Below, piece by piece: positions 8,359-18,369 of a DNA stretch of 48,178 nucleotides (positions within the stretch are counted from its first letter, which is position 1; every line of letters begins with the position of its first letter). Made by a program: the position numbers and the translations under genes. The stretch lies in the IMG/VR virus record IMGVR_UViG_3300006143_000285; one strand, given 5' to 3'. The notes under the pieces were generated by a model. That model was not told the DNA's origin, searched no databases, and saw only the letters and a list, made by a program, of their open reading frames with translations. Origin of the DNA: a virus (taxonomy: Duplodnaviria > Heunggongvirae > Uroviricota > Caudoviricetes).

Positions 8359-8855
8359 TATGCTATGAATGTTGCTATGGTGGTTACTGCTGTTTTTAAG
8401 AAAGATTCGAGGTCAGAGTCGTTATCAAGGACTATATCATAATGCTCTATATTGACACGTTCATAGTCTCGTAGAATACGCTCAGGGGCAATGTTATCAC
8501 GAACAGGCCGATCAATGTGGACTGACAAGATTTCATACTTATCGCTCCAGCGTTCTTTCAATTCGATAAGCCCTTTTTCGTCTATGACATAAGTACATCT
8601 TTTAAGGCCATCAATTTGTGACGTTTCAGTCCAATAATGATTCCCTCCAAAGAATGTGTATGCCAACGGCTTTTCTGGAATTGGATGATCGTGTCCGACA
8701 AACCAATGGTCTCGACCGTTGAATTCGCCTTGTCGCATTGGTCGTGTTGTATAAGAGCATATTGCCGGTATTCCACAGTTTTCTTGAAGATAGAGAGACA
8801 GTGTAGTCTTTCCGCTCCCAGATGGGCCGACAAGTGCGATGATTATAGGTTTCAT
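8358..8855 (-). CDS. Guanylate kinase-like nucleotide kinase
   Basis: GPSGSGKTT P-loop; SYTTRPMRQGEFNGRDHWFV GMK signature. Confidence 0.85.
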   Translation of the reverse strand: MKPIIIALVGPSGSGKTTLSLYLQENCGIPAICSYTTRPMRQGEFNGRDHWFVGHDHPIPEKPLAYTFFGGNHYWTETSQIDGLKRCTYVIDEKGLIELKERWSDKYEILSVHIDRPVRDNIAPERILRDYERVNIEHYDIVLDNDSDLESFLKTAVTTIATFIA

Positions 8856-11029
8856 ATTATTTCCATTTTAGAACTGCGTGATAACCAGATATTATTCTTT
8901 CCAGTATAGTCGCTATATTTTACAACACCAGAAAAGATGATCAATTTGTTTTTGGCGTTCATCAACAGACCACGGAATTTGGCAAATTCTTCGGGCCAAA
9001 CAACACATTCGCAGAGGTCATTATTCTGTTGGAGAACGAGTTTGCAATAGGGCTCTGTCTGTCCAGTCTTCTTGCTCGTCAATTTCTTCTCCTCGTACTC
9101 AGCAACAGTGGCTGCTATTGCTACTTTGCGACCGTCATTCTCGTCATCAAACACTTCTTTGAGGCTGAGATATGAGCAACGGCCCTTGATTTCAGGCTTT
9201 ACAGTAGAATTGTCATAGATTCGACGGTAATCTATTGCACCAATTCCAGACACTTTAATTTGTTGCTGACTCCAAAAATAGTGCTTGCCGATGAACTCAG
9301 AAGGGAAGTCTTTTTCATCAATAGCAAAGCCCAACTGCTCTGCGGCTTTCTGAAGGATTGCGTAGCGTTCAATGACTGACTGAGCTCTTTCTACTTTATC
9401 AAAACAGCCTGCCAAGATAAGATTACGGACATGACGAGCATTGACAGGACAACGTTGAGCTTCTTCTTCATTATCCGGATCATCCCAATATTCGTACTTT
9501 TTGAGTTTATACTTAAAAATACGGTCAATGAAATTTGTGATGCTGGTGAATTCGCCATTCTTATCCCGTTCATTGATAATCCAATCAACCGCTTTCACTC
9601 CAAGCATCTTGATACTTGTGAGAGACCAGAATATTTCATCCGTCTGGAAGTCTGTGTAGAAAGAGGCCTGACTGTGATTGATGTCAGGAGCCACCACCTT
9701 GGCGTTACTGCAAGATTCCATTTCACTCATTAGGGGCACCAATTCATCATCATCAGCCCATTGGAGAGCCACAGTATAGAAAGCTGTGGGGTATTTTGCT
9801 TTCAGATACGCACCACAATATGAAGTTACGGCATAGGCTGTAGCGTGGCTCTTATTAAAGAGGTAACTGCCACACGCTTCAATCTGATGCCATATTGCTT
9901 CCGCATCTTCAATGGGGCATCCATTTTTCTTAGCTCCAGCCATGAATTTTTCTTTCATAGCCTGAATTTTATCCATCTTCTTTTTAGAGATAAATTTCAC
10001 CAGTTTCACACCATCGCCAAGGCTGAATCCACCAACTTCACGAGCGATGAATACAACCTGTTCTTGATATGTGATAAGACCATAGGTATCTTTCAGTGCG
10101 TTATAAGTGCCCCAAAGATACACTGGTGCTCTATCGCCACGCTTACAATCCACATAGTCGGTTGTAGAGCCATTTTCCAGTGTTGCTGGACGGAACAGAG
10201 CGTTGGCTGCAATGATGTCATTTATACAAGAGGGTTGCATTTCTTTGATAAATTTTGTCATACCACGCGAGGCAAGCTGGAATACATTTTGAGTATATCC
10301 AGCACTCAGCAACTCATAGGCACGAGGTTCATCACAGTTACTGGTCGCCAGCATTTCGAGAGACAGATTCGTGCCATACTCCTGATTGCAAAGATTCATT
10401 GTTTGCTGAAGTTTTGACAACTCCTTAGTCGCAAGACAGTCATTTTTCAGAAGGCCACATTCGTCAAGCTGATAGCCGTCGAACTCTGATACAAGCATAC
10501 CATCCACTTTCTTGATGGGCGTATAGTCAAAACACTCCATATCTTCGCCGTCCAGCTGATCGGGAGTCACCAGCAATGCTGATGCGTGAATTGAGCTGGA
10601 ACGAGGCTGAAACATAAGTGTGCGTATATCCTCAAACAGCTGAGGGTATTCATGTATGAACTTGGCAATTTTACGATTAACTGCTGCAAGTTTGAATATG
10701 CCCGTATAGTCGCACTTATCATCGTCGAAAATTGCGGTCAGATAATTCACAAGAGATGGGCTGATACGCATAGTACGAGCCACATCTTTGATAACTGCTT
10801 TAACTTTCAACGTAGTAAGTGTGCCAGCCGAGAAAACTCGTTGCTTGCCATTCAAATTGTATCTCTGCTCAATGTATTCCTTAACCTCCTGACGACGATC
10901 AGACTGGAAGTCGTTGTCCACATCAGGAAGTGAGCCACCGGGGCCCTGAAGATAACCGCTGTCAACAAAACAGTCGGCTACCATTTCAGGGGTGGTGAGC
11001 GTATGTTGTGTAACTTTCAGAACTTTCAT
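8852..11029 (-). CDS. dnaE: DNA polymerase III alpha, C-terminal half (palm aspartates, fingers, HhH, OB) with an N-terminal IntC-like peptide
   Basis: SLPDVDNDF, LKNDCLAT, YQEQV, FNKSHATAY, PDINHS motifs; first 32 aa are not DnaE-like. Confidence 0.92.
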   Translation of the reverse strand: MKVLKVTQHTLTTPEMVADCFVDSGYLQGPGGSLPDVDNDFQSDRRQEVKEYIEQRYNLNGKQRVFSAGTLTTLKVKAVIKDVARTMRISPSLVNYLTAIFDDDKCDYTGIFKLAAVNRKIAKFIHEYPQLFEDIRTLMFQPRSSSIHASALLVTPDQLDGEDMECFDYTPIKKVDGMLVSEFDGYQLDECGLLKNDCLATKELSKLQQTMNLCNQEYGTNLSLEMLATSNCDEPRAYELLSAGYTQNVFQLASRGMTKFIKEMQPSCINDIIAANALFRPATLENGSTTDYVDCKRGDRAPVYLWGTYNALKDTYGLITYQEQVVFIAREVGGFSLGDGVKLVKFISKKKMDKIQAMKEKFMAGAKKNGCPIEDAEAIWHQIEACGSYLFNKSHATAYAVTSYCGAYLKAKYPTAFYTVALQWADDDELVPLMSEMESCSNAKVVAPDINHSQASFYTDFQTDEIFWSLTSIKMLGVKAVDWIINERDKNGEFTSITNFIDRIFKYKLKKYEYWDDPDNEEEAQRCPVNARHVRNLILAGCFDKVERAQSVIERYAILQKAAEQLGFAIDEKDFPSEFIGKHYFWSQQQIKVSGIGAIDYRRIYDNSTVKPEIKGRCSYLSLKEVFDDENDGRKVAIAATVAEYEEKKLTSKKTGQTEPYCKLVLQQNNDLCECVVWPEEFAKFRGLLMNAKNKLIIFSGVVKYSDYTGKNNIWLSRSSKMEII

Positions 11030-12339
11030 TGCTTAATCAATTTCTGAGTTTCTTTACCAAAATAGTTGTTGGTCTGCTTGTATGCGTTCTCAAAGGCCAT
11101 CAAGTCTTCATCTGGCATTATATGACGCTGACTGATGAACGAGTCGGAAATAACGCCTTCCATTGACGTACAGCGACTCAGTGCCACATAGATTTGGCCG
11201 GGACAGAAAACACCCTTGGTATGAATTACTATCTGGTCAAAAGTCAATCCTTGACTCTTATGGATTGTGATGGCCCAAGCCAGTGTAAGCGGAAACTGAG
11301 TGCAGCTTCCTTTGACTTTTTTTACGATCTTGCCATTCTCAGTCACATAGTCGCAGGCTTCCCAAGTATATCGCTCAATTACAGCTGTGCAACCATTATC
11401 AAGGGCAACAAGGATTTTATCGTCTGCGATGTCTTGCACAACTCCCAGCGAACCATTGTAGAAACCTTGAGTTTTATTGTTGACCAAGGTCATTACTCTG
11501 GCTCCGATACGAAGCTCCAATTCTTTATCACAAGGTGCATGACCGATATTGAACTCTTTTTCAATCTGAGCTTCAAAGGTGTGTGTCGGCTCATTCAACA
11601 TAGACTTGTTGATGCGTTCTACATCTTTACGATGGGTACAGATATGGATAGCTGTTATATCATACTTTTCGCTCATATACTTGTCACGCAGCGCACCAAG
11701 ATCTTCTATGTCATCCTCAGTAATCTTGTATGACCGGATATTGTTCAAAATTTCAATGAAGCGGGGGTCTGACTGACGGAATATGTGGTTGAGTTCTACC
11801 ACATTGAAGCCCACTTCCTTGAACACTTGAGCGTTGAAGAAGTAGTAGCCATCATAAAAGGCTTCTAATATATTGGCTTCTTCATTCTTAACGACTGGGG
11901 GCAACTGGTATAGGTCTCCAAACATGATGATTTGAATACCTCCGAATGGCTCCTCTGAACCACGCACCTGACGTAAACGCTTGTCTACATAATCAAGCAC
12001 ATCGGGACGCACCATACTGATTTCGTCAATAATGAGTGCATCAATTGAGTTGAGAAGTATGAACTTATCCTTGGGAAGCATCCCTTTGATAGCGGCATTA
12101 GGCGGCAATACCCCTAAAGGTATTCTGAGCAGACTGTGTAGCGTTACGCCTCCCGCATTGATGGCTGCGATGCCGGTAGATGCTGAAATGACAAATCGTT
12201 TCTTGATGTTGCTAACGATGTAGCGAAGAAACGTTGTCTTACCAGTTCCAGCCTTACCAGTGATAAAGATGTGTTGATTGGTCTGCTCGATCAATTCAAC
12301 TGCCTTCTTCATGTCATCGGTGATTGTGATTTGGCTCAT
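11026..12339 (-). CDS. Pif1/RecD-family SF1B helicase
   Basis: GKAGTGKTT, IIDEISM, GDLYQLPPV, QFPLTLAWAITIHKSQG. Probable start MSQIT at 12339, 1 nt after the upstream stop. Confidence 0.92.
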   Translation of the reverse strand: MSQITITDDMKKAVELIEQTNQHIFITGKAGTGKTTFLRYIVSNIKKRFVISASTGIAAINAGGVTLHSLLRIPLGVLPPNAAIKGMLPKDKFILLNSIDALIIDEISMVRPDVLDYVDKRLRQVRGSEEPFGGIQIIMFGDLYQLPPVVKNEEANILEAFYDGYYFFNAQVFKEVGFNVVELNHIFRQSDPRFIEILNNIRSYKITEDDIEDLGALRDKYMSEKYDITAIHICTHRKDVERINKSMLNEPTHTFEAQIEKEFNIGHAPCDKELELRIGARVMTLVNNKTQGFYNGSLGVVQDIADDKILVALDNGCTAVIERYTWEACDYVTENGKIVKKVKGSCTQFPLTLAWAITIHKSQGLTFDQIVIHTKGVFCPGQIYVALSRCTSMEGVISDSFISQRHIMPDEDLMAFENAYKQTNNYFGKETQKLIKQ

Positions 12340-12340
12340 T

Positions 12341-14050
12341 TTATATTTCGTTGATGGTGAATAATTTGTCTTTGTTATCGAAAAGGATGTCGTCACCCTC
12401 TTGTAGCTCATCAGCATATACGATGATTGGCTCTTCTGCACCATCTCGTTTGATGATTAACTGAGCGTCAACATCTATTTTAAGTGAGCGGCCACATTCA
12501 AGGTCCACTTCCACATATTTGAGAGATTCAATATCCTCACCGATTATGGTTGTTTGAGCAGGGTAAAGTCCAGCTCGTTCAGGAAGCAAGAAACGCTCAA
12601 AAATGAGATCGTATTTAATTGGGTCAATAAGAGTGATTCCCAACAGATAAAGAAGTAGAGAACCAGCAGCCGAACCACGGCCACATCCTACGAGGATTCC
12701 GTTTCGTTTGCACCAGTTAACAGTATCATACTGGACAAGGAGGTAATCGACATTGTTGGTGGATTCGATGATGTATTTTTCGTACTCCATCTGTTTGCGA
12801 TACTGTTCTTGCTTATCAACCGGAACGAGTCGTTGTAGTCCTTCTTCCAACAACTCATTGAACATTTCGTGAGTCGTGCCATATTTCTTCTTCTCCTCTG
12901 GAGTCATATCATATTTTGGCATGAAATTTCGCGCAGTTTCAAATCGAGCCTTGGCACCACCAGCGATTACCAATGTTCGTCGGCAACATTCGCTGAACAA
13001 GAGGTCAATATCGTATTTTTCTTCATCAAACAACTGTTTGAATATAGCATAGTGATCATCGACATCTTTGAAATATTGATCGTCGCTCTGCTCATGTGCT
13101 GCACCCTCTGCTATCTTGTTGAGAATGATTTTGTTTTTGGCATCATCCTTATCAAGATAATAGCAATCTGAAATCAGGATAGGCTGAATGTATTTGTGAT
13201 ATTCAGCGACTGAATCAAAATAACGCTTAGTAGCCTCCAGCACACGAATGTCTATGCGCTCTGCCTTGTACTCAGAGAGGTCTAACTGATAGAAGACATA
13301 ATCGAATACCTTGTCGAATTTCTCAACATATTCAATATTGTTTTCCAGCCATTCCGGTGAATACTTGTCAAATACAAACACATTGCCTTCACCATATTGC
13401 AATAGGTCTTCGACATAGATTGTTTTGTCATCACTGTCAACCATAATGGCTTTCTGTATGCGAAGCAGATTGCGCAATCCTTTTTGAGATTGCACATACA
13501 CTTTGCCGCCTACCTGAGAAATACCATCGGTAAAAGCGAGAGTGTAACCAAATATCGGGGTGATTCCGGCTGCATCACATTCTTTCTGAAAAGCAAATAG
13601 TGATGCCATTGTGTTTTTGTCACAGACACCCAGAGCGTCATGTCCCAGATATTTTGCCTTTTTTACCCATTCTTTTGGCATAAAGCTACCATTGAGCAGT
13701 TCAAAAGGCGTATGGACACCAAGGTTCACGAATTCAACACTGCTCTCATTGGGTTTGCGCTCACCTACATATTTCAATATGTTAAGTGTGAAATCTTTTC
13801 TAAGGTCAGTATAGTACCAGTTGTCGCCAAACTTGAAGACTATGTAGTTGATACCTTCATCCATCAAGACATGCGAATCCTCGATACTGTTGAACACCAT
13901 TTCGCCATCAGCATTACCCCTAAAGATTGAATTGACTTTATCTGTATCTTCAAAAAGCAGCTTGCCCATACCGGGGATTTCGATGACTTCTTCATCTATT
14001 ATGTTGTGCTGAATCTTGTTTCTGTTCAGCCATTCGATAAGCTCATTCAT
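12341..14050 (-). CDS. dnaE: DNA polymerase III alpha, N-terminal half (PHP + start of palm) with a C-terminal IntN-like segment
   Basis: FVNLGVHTPFELLNG PHP start, GCGRGSAAGSLL, DPIKYDLIFERFLLPER, followed by a 77-aa non-DnaE tail (AG + 75 aa). Confidence 0.92.
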   Translation of the reverse strand: MNELIEWLNRNKIQHNIIDEEVIEIPGMGKLLFEDTDKVNSIFRGNADGEMVFNSIEDSHVLMDEGINYIVFKFGDNWYYTDLRKDFTLNILKYVGERKPNESSVEFVNLGVHTPFELLNGSFMPKEWVKKAKYLGHDALGVCDKNTMASLFAFQKECDAAGITPIFGYTLAFTDGISQVGGKVYVQSQKGLRNLLRIQKAIMVDSDDKTIYVEDLLQYGEGNVFVFDKYSPEWLENNIEYVEKFDKVFDYVFYQLDLSEYKAERIDIRVLEATKRYFDSVAEYHKYIQPILISDCYYLDKDDAKNKIILNKIAEGAAHEQSDDQYFKDVDDHYAIFKQLFDEEKYDIDLLFSECCRRTLVIAGGAKARFETARNFMPKYDMTPEEKKKYGTTHEMFNELLEEGLQRLVPVDKQEQYRKQMEYEKYIIESTNNVDYLLVQYDTVNWCKRNGILVGCGRGSAAGSLLLYLLGITLIDPIKYDLIFERFLLPERAGLYPAQTTIIGEDIESLKYVEVDLECGRSLKIDVDAQLIIKRDGAEEPIIVYADELQEGDDILFDNKDKLFTINEI

Positions 14051-15081
14051 AATTGTACGGTTTTTAGTTTATATTCTCGTGGAGTCATCAGACCTAATGA
14101 AAATGTGTCGAATATCTCCCAGAAATTCATTTCATCCCAGTCTTTACCATTACCCTGAAGATTGGCAACATAGACATCGAAATACTCATTCAGATTGTCG
14201 GCAGCTTTAAGAATTGACTCTCTTGCATCCGAATCATATCCTATCACAATTGTGCGAACACCTTTGCATTGGAGCTTATAAATCTGGGCCTGAGATATTT
14301 TTTTACCGAATGTCGCTACAGCAACTATTCGTGGATTATCATATAGGTCGAGTTTTCTGGTCAGGGCAATCACATCAAATATGCCTTCACAGAGAATGAC
14401 AGTATCAGTTTCATCTTCAATGACAGAATCGTAGTTGTAAAGCAACTTGACAAAATCATTATCTATGCTATTGTTGTATCGACGCTTCTCATACTTCCCA
14501 GCCCAACGTGCTTTCTCATTATATGAATCTATTTCATCTTTGCTCCAAGTATGTCTTGACACATACCCCACTGTATCGCCATTGTCGATAATTGGAAATA
14601 CAACATAATCGTCAAATTTGAAATTAAGTCCACGAGTAGTGCCAACTGGGAAATATTCGTAATCATCAGCTTCAAAACCTCGATCTTTCAGATACTTATT
14701 TCGATAGCACCTTTTCCACCCGTCTGGCATTTCTACTACTGTTAGTTCGTCATCTATTTCTGCTTCATTAATTTGATAGAATGTCGGTATTTCGAGAGGA
14801 GCAAAAGATGCCTTATCTTCGACTTTAAGGTCTGAACGATTGATCAAGTCTAAGAGCTGGTCGAGACTTCTGGTTGTGGCACCACACTTGAAACAGTGAG
14901 CCATAAATGGTTTCTTGTTTTCAGTTTCAGGCCCAATATATATACCAAACTTAGAGCCGCCTTTCCCACAGACAGGACAAACCGGCACCAAAAGATTTTT
15001 TCGGCTACCATCTAATTTGGCGTGAAGTTCCAATGAAATTTCACGAATGATATATTCTCGTTCTTCTCGGCTCAGATACAT
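14047..15081 (-). CDS. DNA primase (Zn finger + TOPRIM)
   Basis: CPVC...HCFKC zinc finger; LCEGIFD and GYDSD TOPRIM motifs. Confidence 0.85.
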   Translation of the reverse strand: MYLSREEREYIIREISLELHAKLDGSRKNLLVPVCPVCGKGGSKFGIYIGPETENKKPFMAHCFKCGATTRSLDQLLDLINRSDLKVEDKASFAPLEIPTFYQINEAEIDDELTVVEMPDGWKRCYRNKYLKDRGFEADDYEYFPVGTTRGLNFKFDDYVVFPIIDNGDTVGYVSRHTWSKDEIDSYNEKARWAGKYEKRRYNNSIDNDFVKLLYNYDSVIEDETDTVILCEGIFDVIALTRKLDLYDNPRIVAVATFGKKISQAQIYKLQCKGVRTIVIGYDSDARESILKAADNLNEYFDVYVANLQGNGKDWDEMNFWEIFDTFSLGLMTPREYKLKTVQL

Positions 15082-15083
15082 AA

Positions 15084-16445
15084 CTATGCGGCTTTATTGA
15101 TATTCATAGAGCGTTGACGGTCGTAGAATGTCTCATGCTCATAATCTGTCGCAATCTTGAACGGCTCTCCTTTCTTAAAGAAGCGGCTCTTGGCAACATG
15201 TATGCGCATTGTATTTTCTTTTTCTTCACGCGAAGACTGGTTGAGTGTGATCAGATGCGTGAGTGGACGACAAAGACCTTTGGCCTCAGATGTATTGTAT
15301 GCGGTTAGAACATTCTTTTCATCATTCAGCCATTCTTGATTTTCAATAGTGGATTGATATGTAACGACCATCCATACATTTTCATCAGAAGCCAAATCTT
15401 TTAGGTCATTGGCGACACGAATTCGCTTCAATCGTTCCCCTTTTTCCGTATAATGCTGACCGGAAGAGTCTGTAAGCAAATCCATTGAATCAATAATCAC
15501 GACATCTGGAGAGCAATTATAACGCTTCTTGTAATCTTGGATAGCATTGTTAATGTCGATAGTTGAAACATTGGAGTTGAATTTCGGATAAGATTTAACG
15601 TGCAGTTTGCCAGAAATACCTTGGAGCATTTCTTCCATTTTAGCCACTTCGCTATCTCGCAGTGTTCCAGTCTCATATTTGAATGAATTACAGGACACAA
15701 GAGAAGCTGCGTATGCGTCAACAACTTCGGACTCACTGCCTTCAAGCTGAATATGCAAGACATTTAGGCCATCAATCTGACAGGCATTTTTTCCTATCCA
15801 TCTGGCAATATGACTCTTGCCCACACCTGAAGGCGCGAGAAAACAACTTAGCTGTCCACGGAGATTGCGGCCATTGTTGCGCGTGTCCAATTCATCAATA
15901 TAAAATCTGGTGATTGGAGTGCGCTTACTGGCACTATTATGTTTTTGTCGGTTAGCCTTAAACCGTGTGCTGAAGGAGCCTATGACATCTACAAATTCTG
16001 TAGATACCAAACTGAATTCATTGGCCCATTCGGAATATGCAGCCAAACGTTTCGCGGCTTCTTCGTAACCGGCTTTGTTGTATAGTTCACCAACTTCCTT
16101 GTATGCTTGTTGAAACTTGACTTGCTTGATGTATGCTTCCAATTGTTCGAGGGCATCATCAGGGTCCATGAGGTTGGCTGTAGAATCAATGTCCTCCAGT
16201 AACTCTATGGCTGCTCTGTTTTTTGCTATGGACTGTTTCAAGATACTAAACGATGGTACTCGCTTAGTCTTTTTATAATAGTCCTTGATTGCTTTATGGA
16301 GAGTCTGGAACTCTCTGTCAGGCAATTGACGAGATTCCAAATGCTCTACTACCAATGCCAGAATGTAATCATTATTCAAGCATGTGTAGTAGAGATCCAT
16401 AAGGAACTCATCTGTCAATAAATTACTTTCCTGTTGCATTGCCAT
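15084..16445 (-). CDS. Replicative DnaB-like helicase
   Basis: APSGVGKS Walker A, IQLEGS, VVIIDSMDLL, VTYQS; adjacent to primase. Confidence 0.85.
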   Translation of the reverse strand: MAMQQESNLLTDEFLMDLYYTCLNNDYILALVVEHLESRQLPDREFQTLHKAIKDYYKKTKRVPSFSILKQSIAKNRAAIELLEDIDSTANLMDPDDALEQLEAYIKQVKFQQAYKEVGELYNKAGYEEAAKRLAAYSEWANEFSLVSTEFVDVIGSFSTRFKANRQKHNSASKRTPITRFYIDELDTRNNGRNLRGQLSCFLAPSGVGKSHIARWIGKNACQIDGLNVLHIQLEGSESEVVDAYAASLVSCNSFKYETGTLRDSEVAKMEEMLQGISGKLHVKSYPKFNSNVSTIDINNAIQDYKKRYNCSPDVVIIDSMDLLTDSSGQHYTEKGERLKRIRVANDLKDLASDENVWMVVTYQSTIENQEWLNDEKNVLTAYNTSEAKGLCRPLTHLITLNQSSREEKENTMRIHVAKSRFFKKGEPFKIATDYEHETFYDRQRSMNINKAA

Positions 16446-17019
16446 ATTCGATGCGTAATCTGAAAATTTCCGGATATTTACGCTCTGTTTCTTTTTGGCA
16501 GTCTGCTACAAAGGAACAGTTCTGACAAGCCTCTGACAATGGACTCCAGCCCAAAGTGGAAGTTTGACAAATAAAATATCCGACTTTTTGGTTTAGTTGT
16601 CTTCTTTTCGTGAACTCTTCAGACTGAACATATATGAACTTAGCCTGCGGATGTTCTTTGCGATCTTTAATCAAATCGACAAGAGCATTGCGACTCAAAC
16701 TGACTGCTTCCAGCCATTGATTCTGATAGAACAGATGTCCACGCTTTTGCTCTTTCATTCTTTGAATAGTCTTGGGACCGAATACTTGTTGAACCGGCAC
16801 CGGTGTTCTATCTCTGAATGTATAAGCTGCGCAGACACAAAAGTCAACCAACCGCTCAGATGTTACTGCACCGAATTCTTTTTCAAATCGGCCTAAGAAA
16901 GTTCTGAGAAGTTTAGTGGTGGCCCCACCATTAGAAAACTTGAAGGTGGGGTCCACTAATTTTGTTATGATTGCCGTGAATACGGTAGTTGTCTGCTTAA
17001 TCAGTTTTTCGTTTACCAT
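16423..17019 (-). CDS. Hypothetical protein (C-terminal Cys cluster)
   Basis: 198-aa ORF coupled to its neighbours; C...CQNCSFVADC. Confidence 0.7.
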   Translation of the reverse strand: MVNEKLIKQTTTVFTAIITKLVDPTFKFSNGGATTKLLRTFLGRFEKEFGAVTSERLVDFCVCAAYTFRDRTPVPVQQVFGPKTIQRMKEQKRGHLFYQNQWLEAVSLSRNALVDLIKDRKEHPQAKFIYVQSEEFTKRRQLNQKVGYFICQTSTLGWSPLSEACQNCSFVADCQKETERKYPEIFRLRIEYGNATGK

Positions 17020-17626
17020 CGCGAGTAATTTTATCCCTCATGTACTGACGTGCAAGAAACAATCTACTTTTTACGGTATCAATATTGCGAGAACTGAGAT
17101 TCCCTTTCTCGAATTCGATGTCTGCAATCTCTTGGAGTGAATAACCGGCCATTTGGAGTAACAGTGCGTCCTTATACATGGGCTTCATTGCATCCAGTGC
17201 GGCAAGTATATCATCGTTGTATAGTTCCCGATAGTTTTCGAGGCACATACAGTTTGCGCTAATTCTGTCATCATCCAGAATGTTATCGCATACTGCATGT
17301 ACGTCGTGGTCTCTATCCCGGTTGTCATCCTTGGCTCGTTTCCGATTGATTTCAAATACCTGACGTTTTGTCACTATATGAATCCAAGTTTTGATTTCCC
17401 GGCTGGGGTCGTATGTCTCGATGCCTCTAAAGAGAGTGGTGAGGACTATTGTGTAGTTTTCCTCGACATCTTCTGATTTGTCGCTGTACTTAATGCACAG
17501 CTTATAAATCATATTCTTGTATGGGCTAATATATTTATCAAATAACGCATTTCTGCGAGCTGAAACCTCCGGATTTATTTCGTGGTCAATTCGTTCTCCG
17601 GTTGCTTCTTGTATCGCTTCTCCCAT
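16997..17626 (-). CDS. ECF-type sigma-70 family factor
   Basis: Region 2-like DVEENY...TYDPSREIKTWIHIV; region 4-like GYSLQEIA...TVKSRLFLARQYM. Confidence 0.85.
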   Translation of the reverse strand: MGEAIQEATGERIDHEINPEVSARRNALFDKYISPYKNMIYKLCIKYSDKSEDVEENYTIVLTTLFRGIETYDPSREIKTWIHIVTKRQVFEINRKRAKDDNRDRDHDVHAVCDNILDDDRISANCMCLENYRELYNDDILAALDAMKPMYKDALLLQMAGYSLQEIADIEFEKGNLSSRNIDTVKSRLFLARQYMRDKITRDGKRKTD

Positions 17627-17862
17627 GAGATAGACACCTCTTTGTTGAACATTAGAGATGCTTCCTCAGTCAAATGGTGAGATTTACAATACTTTTTCCA
17701 GCGTTCTTCACGCTTAATAAACTCGCTTCTTACTTCTTCATCAGTCGGTTTTGGGGTTTTCTCAAGGAACTCATAGAATCCCATCAGAATATCGCCAAAG
17801 ATCTTGAAGTTCTTTTGAGCGTCTCGTAGTTGCGCTCTTTTGATACGTCTCGTTCTACTCAT
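17575..17862 (-). CDS. Hypothetical protein
   Basis: 95-aa ORF in the operon. Confidence 0.65.
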   Translation of the reverse strand: MSRTRRIKRAQLRDAQKNFKIFGDILMGFYEFLEKTPKPTDEEVRSEFIKREERWKKYCKSHHLTEEASLMFNKEVSISWEKRYKKQPENELTTK

Positions 17863-17871
17863 AGCCGTAAA

Positions 17872-18369
17872 TTAGTTTATATTGTTCTTTCTTACATAAT
17901 ACATGAAGATGTGAGTTGCGTCTGCTTCATTGTCATCGCAGGGTTCAATACCCCAGCGTCTAATACAAAAGTCAATCATCATCTTCTTATCAGCCCTGCC
18001 ATTACCGGTAGCCCATTTTTTTACTGTTGTTGGGTTAAGGAAGATTGGCTCCGGTAGGTTAAAAGTATCACAGACTTCCAAGAGTATGCCTCTGAATTCT
18101 GCTAACTTCACTGAAGATTTGAAACCTCCTTTTGAGGTTCCGGCTGAAACATCTTCAGCTACAATCTGGCAGATACCATGCTCGGTGATGTAGTTAATCA
18201 ACCAATCACGAAATGCTTTGTGTTGTTTGTCCCCATTTCGTCGCATGGATTCGGTAAAGTCCCAAGTGCCACTGCCGTGAACTGAATGATAACCGGTATG
18301 AGTGGCTATGTCAAGTCCAAGCACTTGGTCTCTTGTCAATTTGGTGGTTCTTTCATGCTTCGTTTCCAT
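17872..18369 (-). CDS. RuvC-like Holliday junction resolvase
   Basis: VLGLDIATHTG, IVAEDV, PTTVKKWATGNGRADK, DDNEADA. Start METKH chosen. Confidence 0.85.
   Translation of the reverse strand: METKHERTTKLTRDQVLGLDIATHTGYHSVHGSGTWDFTESMRRNGDKQHKAFRDWLINYITEHGICQIVAEDVSAGTSKGGFKSSVKLAEFRGILLEVCDTFNLPEPIFLNPTTVKKWATGNGRADKKMMIDFCIRRWGIEPCDDNEADATHIFMYYVRKNNIN

Noticed and set aside
10934-12568. Canonical active trans-splicing split intein
   Set aside because: No Cys/Ser1, no block-B TxxH, no terminal His-Asn/Gln before a nucleophilic +1 residue; kept only as a degenerate Hint-like pair.
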